Below, in pieces: positions 38,377 to 48,230 of a stretch of DNA of 53,913 bases. The notes beneath the pieces are model-generated. The model was not told where the DNA came from, ran no database searches, and saw only the letters and a list, made by a program, of their open reading frames with translations. The stretch lies in sequence record DRR378314_190; one strand, given 5' to 3'. Each line of letters starts with the position of its first letter. The stretch's first letter is position 1. A program made the translations under genes and the position numbers.

Positions 38377-39327
38377 ATGACAAGCAACGCATCCTCCATT
38401 CCCCATGGGCCCAAGATCACGATTCTGATGGGCATCCACAACGGCGCGGATCATCTGGCCGCCCAATTGCACAGCATTGCCCGGCAATCCCATACCAACT
38501 GGCGGCTGATCTGCAGCGATGATGGATCAACTGATAACAGTCTGAAAATAATATATAATTTTTCAGAAACCCGACCCGGACAGGTCACAATCCACACTGG
38601 CCCCTGCAGCGGATTTGCCGACAACTTCATGTCCCTTATCCGCGGACTTCCTGAAGATGCTGAATATGTCGGTTTCGCAGATCAGGATGACATCTGGCTA
38701 CCTGATAAGCTGGCCCGTGCTCTGCCTAGTCTGGAAAACTCCGGTGGCGACCCGGCGCTCTACTGCGGCCGGCAATCCTATTGGTATCCAAAGACAAACC
38801 GTCTGGTTCACTCCCCAAAAATGGCGCGGCCCTTCACGCTGCGCAATGCCTTGATCGAAAATGTTGCCAGCGGAAACACCATTTTGCTTAACCCGGCTGC
38901 TGCCAATCTTGCACGGCGGGCCGCCCGCCAAACCGGGTCCGTATTCGCTCATGACTGGTGGCTTTATCTGTTGATGACGGCGACGGGCGGTGCGGTCCTG
39001 TTTGACAATGACCCTCCCCACATCCTGTACCGACAACACGCCCATAATGCGATTGGCGCAGGCACGGGTGTTCTGTGTCAGATTCGACGCAAGGCGGAGG
39101 TGCTACGCGGTGTGTTTTCCCAGCGGATAGACAAAAACCTGCAAGCTTTACGCGCGGTTGAGGATTTGCTGACGCCGCAGGCCCGCGATCTGTGCAGATG
39201 TTTCTCTGCGGCCCGACATGCCTCAACAGGGGCGCGGCTTCTGGCCATCCACCGCATTGCCCTTTACCGGCAGCGCCGTGTGCAAACTTTGGGGTTCTGG
39301 GGGGCTGCAAGTCTTGGTTGCATCTAA
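38377..39327 (+). CDS. Glycosyltransferase GT2 (rhamnosyltransferase-like)
   Basis: SDDGSTD, FADQDDIWLPDKL, AHDWWL, LYRQHAHNAIG. Confidence 0.9.
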   Translation: MTSNASSIPHGPKITILMGIHNGADHLAAQLHSIARQSHTNWRLICSDDGSTDNSLKIIYNFSETRPGQVTIHTGPCSGFADNFMSLIRGLPEDAEYVGFADQDDIWLPDKLARALPSLENSGGDPALYCGRQSYWYPKTNRLVHSPKMARPFTLRNALIENVASGNTILLNPAAANLARRAARQTGSVFAHDWWLYLLMTATGGAVLFDNDPPHILYRQHAHNAIGAGTGVLCQIRRKAEVLRGVFSQRIDKNLQALRAVEDLLTPQARDLCRCFSAARHASTGARLLAIHRIALYRQRRVQTLGFWGAASLGCI

Positions 39328-40606
39328 CCACAAACCCAGAATTCTATTGGTGGGCGGTGACGGGCGACCCTCCGGCGTGCCTCGCCACATTTTGCACCTC
39401 GCAACTGCTTTGCAGGAGGAGGCCACACTTACCGTGATCAGTGACAAGGACGAGGGCGGGTTTACCGCACTTGCGGAAATGGGAGTCCGGCATATTGTCA
39501 TTAACGGGCTGACCAAAGGGCTGTCGCCCCGTCACCATTGGCGCGGAATTACTACGCTCTTGCATACACTCCGCACGGAATCTGCCGATCTGATCTGGAT
39601 TCACGCCCGTTTGCAGGTTCTGCTGTGCCGGCTGTTGCTTGCCTCGCGGATCTGGAAACCGGAATGCCCGGTGGTTTTTACCCATCATGGTCTGCCCTAC
39701 GGGCGGGGCTATCACCCGCTGGTGCATCGCATTTGCAAGGCCCTGGAACAGATGCTGGTCGCTACTTGTCCGCCGCAACATCTGGTTTTTCTCAATCACC
39801 GTATGGCCGGTGCCATGGCGCGGGATGCACGGGCCAGACGGTTGGCCCGGCATCGTGTCTATATCTTGCCCAATTGTTCAAATCTGCAGCCTCTCCCGCG
39901 TAAAAAAGATAAAAATATCAAACGGTTAATCATGACCGGGCGAACAGATCGTCAAAAAGACTATGACATTGCCGCGCGGCTCCTGGCGCAACTGCCTGCC
40001 CATTTTCACCTCACGCTTTGTGGTCCGGGGACAGAGGATGCGACATTTCAATCCGGCATTGCCGCACTGATCCCGCCGGATGTCTTTAACCGGATCACCT
40101 TCACGGGTCCACTGGCCGACGTGCGCCAGCCGATCAGCACCGCAGACGCCTATCTGCTGACCTCTCGTTATGAGGGCACTCCCATCGGCGCATTGGAGGC
40201 GTTTGAGGCCGGATTGCCCATCATCCTGCGCAATTTTGACGGGGCGCTGGATCTGGTGGCCAAACATCCCTGCGGATTGCTGATGGACAGCGACGACCTC
40301 TCCCTGCAAGCGAAACGGATCACCACCCTGCTCGACTTCTTTGACCGCGATGCCACGGCTTTGCGTGTCGAAACTCAACAGGTTTGGCGGGACAATTGGG
40401 CACCGGCCATATTCGCGCACAACGCCCGTACGCTGATACGCTCTGTCCTCAGCTCCGCAACCGGTCAGGTGGCAGCGTCAGATTATATTCATGATGCTCC
40501 AATGCGGCATCAAGGTCTTCGTAAAAATGTAACTGCCCGCGCTCCAGTACCGCCGCCATGTTACACAACCGGCGCACCATCGGCGGAGAATGGGTTACAA
40601 CAATAG
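39314..40606 (+). CDS. Glycosyltransferase GT4
   Basis: SGVPRHILHL, THHG, GRTDRQKD, TSRYEGTPIGALEA; probable TTG start 39314 (start uncertain). Confidence 0.85.
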   Translation: MVASNHKPRILLVGGDGRPSGVPRHILHLATALQEEATLTVISDKDEGGFTALAEMGVRHIVINGLTKGLSPRHHWRGITTLLHTLRTESADLIWIHARLQVLLCRLLLASRIWKPECPVVFTHHGLPYGRGYHPLVHRICKALEQMLVATCPPQHLVFLNHRMAGAMARDARARRLARHRVYILPNCSNLQPLPRKKDKNIKRLIMTGRTDRQKDYDIAARLLAQLPAHFHLTLCGPGTEDATFQSGIAALIPPDVFNRITFTGPLADVRQPISTADAYLLTSRYEGTPIGALEAFEAGLPIILRNFDGALDLVAKHPCGLLMDSDDLSLQAKRITTLLDFFDRDATALRVETQQVWRDNWAPAIFAHNARTLIRSVLSSATGQVAASDYIHDAPMRHQGLRKNVTARAPVPPPCYTTGAPSAENGLQQ

Positions 40607-41126
40607 CCCCGGCATTCTCATTCCGTTTGTCAAAGACCTGCACGCTCTTATGTCGAAACGCCCCATCGCCGACCGAGGTCACCTCATCCACCAGATAGGT
40701 GTCAAATGGAATTCCCATCGAAACACCAAAGGAAAGCCGCGATTTCATTCCTGCGGAATAGGTCCGCAGCGGCATGCGGAAATGACCACCCAATTCCGCG
40801 AATTCCTCAACAAAATCAACCAGACCGTCACTGTCAACGCCATACAACCGGGCAACGAAACGCGTGTTCTGCACCCCCGTCAGATCTGGATGAAACGATC
40901 CCTGAAAACCAACGGGATAAGAAATACTGCCCGTTGATAAGACCCGGCCAGACGTTGGCCGGATTGTCCCCGCGATCAGTTTCAACAGGGTGCTCTTCCC
41001 CGCCCCGTTGCGCCCCAAAAGCGCCACGCTTGCACCGGTTGGAAAAACTGCGGTCAGGTTATCGACAATGACCTGCCGCCCGCCGCGCGATGGAAAATAT
41101 TTGGTCAGGTTCTCAAGGCAAATCAT
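40449..41126 (-). CDS. kpsT: Capsular polysaccharide ABC exporter ATP-binding protein
   Basis: GRNGAGKST, YSAGMKSRLSF, YLVDEVTSVGD. Confidence 0.92.
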   Translation of the reverse strand: MICLENLTKYFPSRGGRQVIVDNLTAVFPTGASVALLGRNGAGKSTLLKLIAGTIRPTSGRVLSTGSISYPVGFQGSFHPDLTGVQNTRFVARLYGVDSDGLVDFVEEFAELGGHFRMPLRTYSAGMKSRLSFGVSMGIPFDTYLVDEVTSVGDGAFRHKSVQVFDKRNENAGAIVVTHSPPMVRRLCNMAAVLERGQLHFYEDLDAALEHHEYNLTLPPDRLRS

Positions 41127-41130
41127 AGCC

Positions 41131-42438
41131 CTAGCTTCTGTCACGCAGGGAGTAATAGACCAGGCTCAGGATGGACCATGTGAAGAAACTGAAAAGGGCG
41201 ATCAATGCGAGGGTCAGCTCGCGCTTGGGAAACTCGGCCCTTTGCGCCAGGGTTGGTTTCACATGAGCAGCCAGATAGCGGCTTTGTTTGCGCACTTCCG
41301 CCAAAGCGGAATCATGCGCGGCCAAGGCGGCGACATAGGCCGCTTCGGCAAACTCGCGATCCACAATCAGCCCTTCATATTCGCCCACTAGATTGGCAAA
41401 AGCATCGCCGCTTTCACCGTTCACCCCCAATCCAAGGTTCCCCCGTTCCGATGAAATCCGCTCTTCAATCACTTCAATCCGGCGTTTGGCCTGCGTGATC
41501 CGCGGATCATTTTCGCGCGTGGTATCTTGCAATAAATCATGATCAATCAGCGCCTCGGCCAGCTGTTGTTGCAGGGTGACCAACAGGCCCATCTGATTTT
41601 GCGTATCAATGCTGGGGTCGACAATCTGTGTCCGATTGCGAAATTGGGTCAAGGCGCGGCGCGACACCTTCAAACGTTCCACCGAATTTGCCAATTCCTC
41701 GCGGGTAAAGCGGATCGAATCCTCTTGTGCAATGCGTGACAAGCCGTTGATCATCGCCGTACATTCCGCAAGGATTGCCTGCGCCACGCGCAGGGCGTCC
41801 TGCGGATCAAAGGCCAAAACCTCCAGTTCAATCAATCCGGTACTGCTGTCATAGATGATCGAAATCTTGCGTTCCCAATGGTGCTGCAAATCTTCGATTG
41901 TCCCCGCCGGATCAAAGGCAAATATCGGATCCTGTTCTATACTGACGCGCGACCAGACCTCGCGCAGACCGATCTTCTGATCCACCCGCAACACCAGTTC
42001 CTGACTTGAAAGATAAGCAAACAGAATATCAGTGTCAGAAGAGCTGGAACCGGATAGTTCAGTAATCCCGCCCAACAGCTCGATGGCCGAAGTTTGCTCT
42101 TCCGTGCGCACCGAAAACGCCACGCGGGATGCATATTGATCGGCGGCCTGCGCCCACAAATAATAACTGGCAAGAACAATCGGGCTGACCACAAACAGCA
42201 TGAATGTGAACACCAGAAACCGGTGCCTTTTGCGTGGTTTTGCCCGTCTGGCTGGCGGCCTAATGTCAAATTTTGGAATGACCGGGCCAGCTGGCCGTGG
42301 CGGTGCCGGTTCTGCCAGATCTCCCCCCGACACAACACGCGGCGCCACAACGCGTGGCTGGGCTTCAACCGGCGCTGAGTGTTTGAGGTGCCTGATCCTG
42401 CTGATCAGCTGCGCCTCCTCTTGGAAGCTTTCCGCCAT
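41131..42438 (-). CDS. kpsE: Capsule export inner-membrane protein (PCP-3, KpsE/RkpR family)
   Basis: Two TM segments flanking a coiled-coil periplasmic region; AADQYASRVAFSVR, FRNRTQIVDP, YYSLRDR. Confidence 0.9.
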   Translation of the reverse strand: MAESFQEEAQLISRIRHLKHSAPVEAQPRVVAPRVVSGGDLAEPAPPRPAGPVIPKFDIRPPARRAKPRKRHRFLVFTFMLFVVSPIVLASYYLWAQAADQYASRVAFSVRTEEQTSAIELLGGITELSGSSSSDTDILFAYLSSQELVLRVDQKIGLREVWSRVSIEQDPIFAFDPAGTIEDLQHHWERKISIIYDSSTGLIELEVLAFDPQDALRVAQAILAECTAMINGLSRIAQEDSIRFTREELANSVERLKVSRRALTQFRNRTQIVDPSIDTQNQMGLLVTLQQQLAEALIDHDLLQDTTRENDPRITQAKRRIEVIEERISSERGNLGLGVNGESGDAFANLVGEYEGLIVDREFAEAAYVAALAAHDSALAEVRKQSRYLAAHVKPTLAQRAEFPKRELTLALIALFSFFTWSILSLVYYSLRDRS

Positions 42439-42524
42439 GTGTATTAACTTTTTGGTTGTATTTATGAAAGATTATCCCGTGTAAGGTTAATTATTGGTAA
42501 CCTTAACCAGTCATGAGGCCACCA

Positions 42525-43334
42525 ATGCCCAGCTCATCGAAAACATCATCGACGCTCAGACCCCAAACCGGTTCCTATGCAACACCCCGTGCGATTGGGG
42601 CGCTGATTTTGCGCGAAATCACAACAACTTATGGACGTTCACCGGGGGGGTACATCTGGGCCATCCTCGAACCCGCCGCCGGGATCACCCTGCTGACATT
42701 GGTCTTTTCCATCGGGTTTCGAACGCCTCCCCTAGGGACAAGTTTTGCGCTGTTTTACGCCGCCGGCATTCTGCCTTTGATGATGTACACCGATATTTCA
42801 ACCAAGCTGGCGCAGACCATTCAGTTCAGCCGCGCCTTGCTGATCTATCCAAGAATCACCTTTCTTGATGCGTTGATCGCACGGTTTGTCCTGAACTTTC
42901 TGACCCAGATGATGGTACATTTCATCGTCCTTGGTTTCATCATCTTGTTTCTTAAACCCATGACAACATTGGATTATGCTAAAATTGGACAGGCCTATCT
43001 GTTGACGCTTGCTCTGGCCATCGGCATCGGCACATTGAACAGTTTTCTCACGTTGGCCTATCCGGTCTGGCAAACAGCGTGGTCGATTCTAAACCGCCCC
43101 CTATTTCTGGTGTCCTGCGTTTTTTTCATTTTCGAAAGCGTGCCACGGCCCTATTCGGACTATCTGTGGTTCAATCCCATCGTCCATATCGCTGGCTTAA
43201 TGCGCGACGGATTTTATCCTTTTTACCAGCCAGGTTACGTCTCTATCGCATACCCATTGGCGGTGGCCGCACTATGCACAATGGCAGGTCTGTTTCTATT
43301 GAATCGCTTTCATCGGGATATGCTGGATAAGTAA
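42525..43334 (+). CDS. kpsM: Capsular polysaccharide ABC exporter permease
   Basis: ALILREITTTYGRSPGGYIWAILEP, FNPIVH..MRDGFY, multiple TMs; divergent from kpsE. Confidence 0.92.
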   Translation: MPSSSKTSSTLRPQTGSYATPRAIGALILREITTTYGRSPGGYIWAILEPAAGITLLTLVFSIGFRTPPLGTSFALFYAAGILPLMMYTDISTKLAQTIQFSRALLIYPRITFLDALIARFVLNFLTQMMVHFIVLGFIILFLKPMTTLDYAKIGQAYLLTLALAIGIGTLNSFLTLAYPVWQTAWSILNRPLFLVSCVFFIFESVPRPYSDYLWFNPIVHIAGLMRDGFYPFYQPGYVSIAYPLAVAALCTMAGLFLLNRFHRDMLDK

Positions 43335-43350
43335 GAACTGTTTAATCAAC

Positions 43351-43366
43351 GTTAACTCAAATTTAA
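43351..43366 (-). promoter_or_regulatory. Perfect CtrA consensus site upstream of the large glycosyltransferase
   Basis: Plus GTTAACTCAAATTTAA = minus TTAA-ATTTGAG-TTAAC (TTAA-N7-TTAAC). Confidence 0.65.
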
Positions 43367-43436
43367 TATAATTCATACGTTAGTGGACTAAGACAACCAT
43401 AGGCTGTCTGTGGAGTTACAAGAGGTTCACCGCGTT

Positions 43437-46400
43437 ATGTCCCTAGATTTCTCTCCCGAACTGCGCTGTCTTGTCATGTTGAACGGCAAGGTTTTTGGTA
43501 ACGTTGATCAGGCCGCGACCAGTCGTCCGATGGAAATCAGGTTGGGTGACACCCTTGCCCCGTTTGAAGCTTGCACCCAAAATCCGGCATCTATTCTGAA
43601 ACGTGTCTCCCGTTTTCGGCTGGACACACGAAACATGGCGCAACATTCCTGCTCCCTGCCCGAGGAAACGGTCCCCGGAGAGGTTTATGCCTGTTGGGTC
43701 AATCACTTAAAAGACTGGGCACTCAACGGAAGCCAGACAGTGCAGGTGATGATCAACCGGTATGAGGCACCCTGCCAGATATTCTTCGAGAATAAGATAT
43801 CGGTGCCAAAGGTCAGAAAGGGCATGTGTTTCCAGGCCAAACTTGCCGCACATCGCGCGGCGGCAAGCCTGTGCCTGATCTTTCATGATCCGGTGTCCCT
43901 ACAGGAAGAAAGGCATTTTATCCCTTTTGACACAGCCCAATCCGGGGGCACGCTACCCAGCGGCTATGCGGATATCCGTCACCCGCTGCCGCTGCATTTT
44001 CAAAAATGCGATGTGATGCTGGAGATCGAATACCGCAACCACCTGCCGGACGACAAAGGCACAGAGCCTTTTCTTTTCCTTGCTGACGTTCACGTGGCTG
44101 ATGAAGAGGTGGAAGAAACAGAAACGCTGATGCTGGAACCGGAATGGATCCATGGGCAGGCGGAAGTGTCTGATGGCCAATGGGTCAGCGCCAATTTGCC
44201 CAATATGCTGGCACCCGGTCAGGGCTTGTCATTTCAAATGGGCCAGAACGTTGTCCCCATTACCCCTATGTCCAAACCGGATTTCGTAGTGCGCGAAAAC
44301 TACGGTCACACGCTGATCTGCCAGTCCGCACAGGCGCTTGAACTGGTGCTTTCGATTGACGGCGAGTCTGTACAAGTGATCAACATCACGCCGGGCGAAA
44401 ATGTCGTCCGTCTCCCGTCCCGCTATCTGAATGGCCATGTGCGCCACCTCGCCTTGAAGGATCGGTCGGGATCTGTGGTGCTGTTTGAAGACCAACAATT
44501 GCTGCCCTGCGTCCTCACCCCCGAAGACGTGATGCGCCGCGAATCCGCTGCCCCGTTTCCCAATGCTCTGCTGCCGCCGACCCCCTATCGGTACAAGGCG
44601 CTTAAATCCCTGATCGCCAAAGCAGAATCCACCACCAACTTTGAACAATTGCTGCACGCTATTGATACCCTTGAGGGCGGCCCCGAAAACGTCATCCGCA
44701 AACCGCTTCACTTTCCCACAGTGGCGGCACCGGATGTCTCAATCATCATTCCCGCGCATAACAATATTGATCTGACCTATCTTGCGCTCTGCTCTTTGCT
44801 GATCGGATCAAACGACGCCACCTTCGAGGTGATCTTGGTCGATGATGCTTCCAGCGATGAAACCAGCCAGATCGAAGCATTGATCACCGGCATCACCGTA
44901 ATCCGCCAACCCATCGCCCAGCGCTTTGTCCGCGCCTGCAATGCAGGGGCCGAACGCGCGCGCGGAAAATACATCGCCCTGCTTAACAACGATGTGGAGG
45001 TCACAGCCGGGTGGCTGGACGAACTGCTTGCCACCTTTGACCGATTCGACAATGTCGGGCTGGTCGGTGCCAAACTGCTTTATCCCAACGGTGACCTGCA
45101 AGACGCCGGTGGCATTGTCTGGGGCAGTGGCAATCCCTGGAACTATGGCAACCGGCAAAATGCCAATGATCCGCGGTTCAACTATGCGCGGCAGGTTGAC
45201 TATCTCTCTGGTGCCGCCTTGCTGGCCCCCGCTTCCGTCTGGAAAGAGGTTGGCGGCCTCTCTTCCTATCTTGAACCGATGTATTTCGAGGATACCGACC
45301 TTGCCTTCAAGGTGCGCGCGGCGGGATATACCACTTGGTTTGTACCGTCCTCGGTGGTCTACCATTTTGAGGGGATGACCTCCGGCACGGATGTCACCAC
45401 CGGCTTCAAGAAATTTCAGGAAATCAACCGCCCCAAATTCAAACGAACCTGGGCCAGCGCCTTTGCCAAACATGGCGTTGAGGGGCAAACGCCAGACCTT
45501 GAAAAGGACCGCGGCATCATTGGTCGGGTGTTGTTCATCGACTACGCCCCGCCGCGCGCGGACAAGGATGCCGGATCCTATGCCGCCCTTCAGGAAATGC
45601 GGCTGGTGCAATCCTTGGGGTACAAGGTCACCTTTGTCTCAACCAATATGGCCCACCTTGGTAAATACACCGAAGACCTGCAAAAATCCGGGGTCGAGGT
45701 GATCTATGCACCTTTCTACATAAACACCGATGAATATCTAGAACAGCACGCCAGCGATTTTGATGCCTTCTACATCACCCGCTATTACGTGGCGCAGGCG
45801 GTTCTGGAACAGATCAGGCGACTGGCCCCAAAAGCGCGGGTGTTTTTCAACAACGCCGATCTGCATTTCCTGCGGGAACTGCGCACCGCCAAAAGCGAAG
45901 GGGACGCCAGCAAGCTGGAGCGTGCCCGCCAAACCCGGTCCGAAGAAATCGAAGTGATCCGCAATGTCGATGTGGTACTTTCCTACAACGAGGTAGAGCA
46001 TTCGGTGATCCAGGCCTATACCGATGGCGCGGCCACCGTTGTAAAATGCCCCTGGGTTGTCGATGTGCCAAATGCCATTCCAGCGGCAGGTGCCCGCAAG
46101 GGTCTGTCGTTTCTGGGCAGCTTCCGACACCACCCCAATGTTGAAGGCGTGCGTTGGTTTGTGCGCGATGTCATGCCAAGGCTTATCGCGCAAGATCCCT
46201 CGGCCCATCTCACCATCTACGGCTCTTGCATGGGCGGTGACATCCGCGCGCTGCAATCCGAAAATGTCCTGCCGCATGGGTTTATCAACGATACCGCTGA
46301 CGCCTATAAATCCCACCGCATTTTTATTGCCCCTCTCCTGTCCGGTGCTGGGGTCAAAGGCAAAGTGTTCAGCGCATTGTCCCATGGCATCCCTTGCGTC

Positions 46401-46637
46401 GTCAGCCCGATTGCCGCCGAAGGGATTGGTCTGCGCTCCGGTTATGATTGCATCATTGCCGACCGGCCAGAGGAATGGGTGAATGCAATTGGTCAACTCT
46501 GCCGGGATGATGATCTATGGGAAACCCTCTCCCAGAACGCCCGTCGCTATATGCGCACCAGTTTTTCGTTTCAGCGCGGTCGCCTGTTGATGCGTGCCGC
46601 ATTCGAAGCGGCTGACATGTTTGGCGCGCGGATCTGA
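43437..46637 (+). CDS. Large multidomain glycosyltransferase (unassigned N-terminus + GT2 + GT4-like)
   Basis: GT2 motifs SIIIPAHN, LVDDASSD, LLNNDV, YFEDTD; C-terminal GT-B motifs DKDAGS, FLGSFRHHPN, APLLSGAGVKGK; start 43410 or 43437. Confidence 0.9.
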   Translation: MSLDFSPELRCLVMLNGKVFGNVDQAATSRPMEIRLGDTLAPFEACTQNPASILKRVSRFRLDTRNMAQHSCSLPEETVPGEVYACWVNHLKDWALNGSQTVQVMINRYEAPCQIFFENKISVPKVRKGMCFQAKLAAHRAAASLCLIFHDPVSLQEERHFIPFDTAQSGGTLPSGYADIRHPLPLHFQKCDVMLEIEYRNHLPDDKGTEPFLFLADVHVADEEVEETETLMLEPEWIHGQAEVSDGQWVSANLPNMLAPGQGLSFQMGQNVVPITPMSKPDFVVRENYGHTLICQSAQALELVLSIDGESVQVINITPGENVVRLPSRYLNGHVRHLALKDRSGSVVLFEDQQLLPCVLTPEDVMRRESAAPFPNALLPPTPYRYKALKSLIAKAESTTNFEQLLHAIDTLEGGPENVIRKPLHFPTVAAPDVSIIIPAHNNIDLTYLALCSLLIGSNDATFEVILVDDASSDETSQIEALITGITVIRQPIAQRFVRACNAGAERARGKYIALLNNDVEVTAGWLDELLATFDRFDNVGLVGAKLLYPNGDLQDAGGIVWGSGNPWNYGNRQNANDPRFNYARQVDYLSGAALLAPASVWKEVGGLSSYLEPMYFEDTDLAFKVRAAGYTTWFVPSSVVYHFEGMTSGTDVTTGFKKFQEINRPKFKRTWASAFAKHGVEGQTPDLEKDRGIIGRVLFIDYAPPRADKDAGSYAALQEMRLVQSLGYKVTFVSTNMAHLGKYTEDLQKSGVEVIYAPFYINTDEYLEQHASDFDAFYITRYYVAQAVLEQIRRLAPKARVFFNNADLHFLRELRTAKSEGDASKLERARQTRSEEIEVIRNVDVVLSYNEVEHSVIQAYTDGAATVVKCPWVVDVPNAIPAAGARKGLSFLGSFRHHPNVEGVRWFVRDVMPRLIAQDPSAHLTIYGSCMGGDIRALQSENVLPHGFINDTADAYKSHRIFIAPLLSGAGVKGKVFSALSHGIPCVVSPIAAEGIGLRSGYDCIIADRPEEWVNAIGQLCRDDDLWETLSQNARRYMRTSFSFQRGRLLMRAAFEAADMFGARI

Positions 46638-46644
46638 CAGGGCC

Positions 46645-47394
46645 ATGCGGCAGGTCATTCTTCACAACCACCTGTTCAAAAATGCCGGCAGTTCGGTGGA
46701 TCATATTCTGCGGCAAAATTTTCAGGGCCGCTGGGTCACGCGGGAATTTTCCAATCCCGGCCCCGGGCAAACAGCCGAGATCGTCAATTGGATCACAAAA
46801 AACACTGATGCCATCGCCTTTTCATCCCATACAATTCAATCCGTGCTGCCGATCATTCCTGATGTTCGGATTATCCAGATTGTCATGCTGCGGGATCCTG
46901 TTGATCGCATCGCCTCTGCCTATCGGTTTGAAAAAACACAGGAGTCCAATTCGCGCGGGGCACAGCTTGCGCGGCAAAACGGGTTCGCCGGCTATGTCCA
47001 TGCGCGGTTGAACATCAAAGGTGATCGGCAGTGCCGCAATTTTCAGACCAGCCGCCTCGCCGCACTGGCCTTCACGCACCCGGGCAATGAGCTTTCCCGC
47101 GCCAAAGCTGCGGCCAGCTTGATCGCGCGAGACGGTGTTCTGGGGTTGGTCTCTGACTTTGACGCAGCCATGCGGCGGTTAACCGCCGTACTTAGGCCCG
47201 GTTTTCCCGCCTTCGATTGGCATCCTGTGATCATCAATGCCGCGGCCCAAAATACCGCGCAGGCCGTTTCCCCCGACATGCGCAAGCTGCTTGAGGAAAC
47301 CAACCGCGATGATTTCGCCCTTTTGCGCCATGCACAGGCGATTCTTTGTCAGGCTTCAACCGGTGCGGGTGTCATCCAACGGTCCGGGATGTGA
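46645..47394 (+). CDS. Sulfotransferase family protein
   Basis: 5'-PSB-like HLFKNAGSS and 3'-PB LRDPVDRIASAY. Confidence 0.82.
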   Translation: MRQVILHNHLFKNAGSSVDHILRQNFQGRWVTREFSNPGPGQTAEIVNWITKNTDAIAFSSHTIQSVLPIIPDVRIIQIVMLRDPVDRIASAYRFEKTQESNSRGAQLARQNGFAGYVHARLNIKGDRQCRNFQTSRLAALAFTHPGNELSRAKAAASLIARDGVLGLVSDFDAAMRRLTAVLRPGFPAFDWHPVIINAAAQNTAQAVSPDMRKLLEETNRDDFALLRHAQAILCQASTGAGVIQRSGM

Positions 47395-48230
47395 TACCCT
47401 TCCGAGGTAAGCTCATCACAAATGCGCATCACATCCTCACGAACAAGCGTGGGAAAGAAGCCGGGCATTTTGTGTTTCACGCTTTCCGTAAACCGCTGTT
47501 CCAAAATCGCCTGCGGATAATCAAACGCGGGTATTCCCAGAAACTGCTCAATCTCTTGTAATGTCCCGCGCTGATCCTGATGCAGTTCCTCATAAATCAG
47601 CACCTTAAACATCTCGGGCGGCAGCCCCCCCTTCAGGTTCTGCAAAACCCTACCATATTCCGCATTCACCCAGATGTGCCGCCGCCGGATGAACTCGCCG
47701 AACTCCGCAGGGCCCCATGTGTCCAGCTTGTCCAGATGGCCGGTCAATTGCAGATGGAATTTCGTATGGCTCCACAGCCGTGCCACCGGGTCCCGCATGG
47801 TATAAAGCACGCGAAGCTGGTCACATTTGCCAGCAATCTGCGGCCATGCCTCTTTCGGCAGCTGCGCGTTCAGATTCGAGAAATCACAGGCGTATTTCTG
47901 ATGATCGCGCATTTGGAACAGGTTTCGATACCAATAGTCATCCACAGGTCGGCTTAAATACTGCGCGACCCATTGGACATTGCCACGCACCGCATCAATA
48001 TTCGCTTTTTCAGGGTCAAAGCGAAACAAATACCGGTTCTTCGCCTCCCGCAACCGATAGGCTTCGCTCAATTGTTTCGGGTTCACATAGCGGTGGTAGA
48101 AATAATGCAGCTCTTTCTCCATCGCGAAATGCAGCGCCGGGTGCCGGGACAACACCGCGTATAACCAGGTTGTCCCGGCCTTCATCGCCCCAATGCTTAA
48201 AAACAGGTTAGAGAACAATCGCTCAGACAT
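47349..48230 (-). CDS. Sulfotransferase family protein
   Basis: IGAMKAGTTWL, KELHYF, MRDPVARLWS, YEEL. Confidence 0.88.
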   Translation of the reverse strand: MSERLFSNLFLSIGAMKAGTTWLYAVLSRHPALHFAMEKELHYFYHRYVNPKQLSEAYRLREAKNRYLFRFDPEKANIDAVRGNVQWVAQYLSRPVDDYWYRNLFQMRDHQKYACDFSNLNAQLPKEAWPQIAGKCDQLRVLYTMRDPVARLWSHTKFHLQLTGHLDKLDTWGPAEFGEFIRRRHIWVNAEYGRVLQNLKGGLPPEMFKVLIYEELHQDQRGTLQEIEQFLGIPAFDYPQAILEQRFTESVKHKMPGFFPTLVREDVMRICDELTSEGYHIPDRWMTPAPVEA

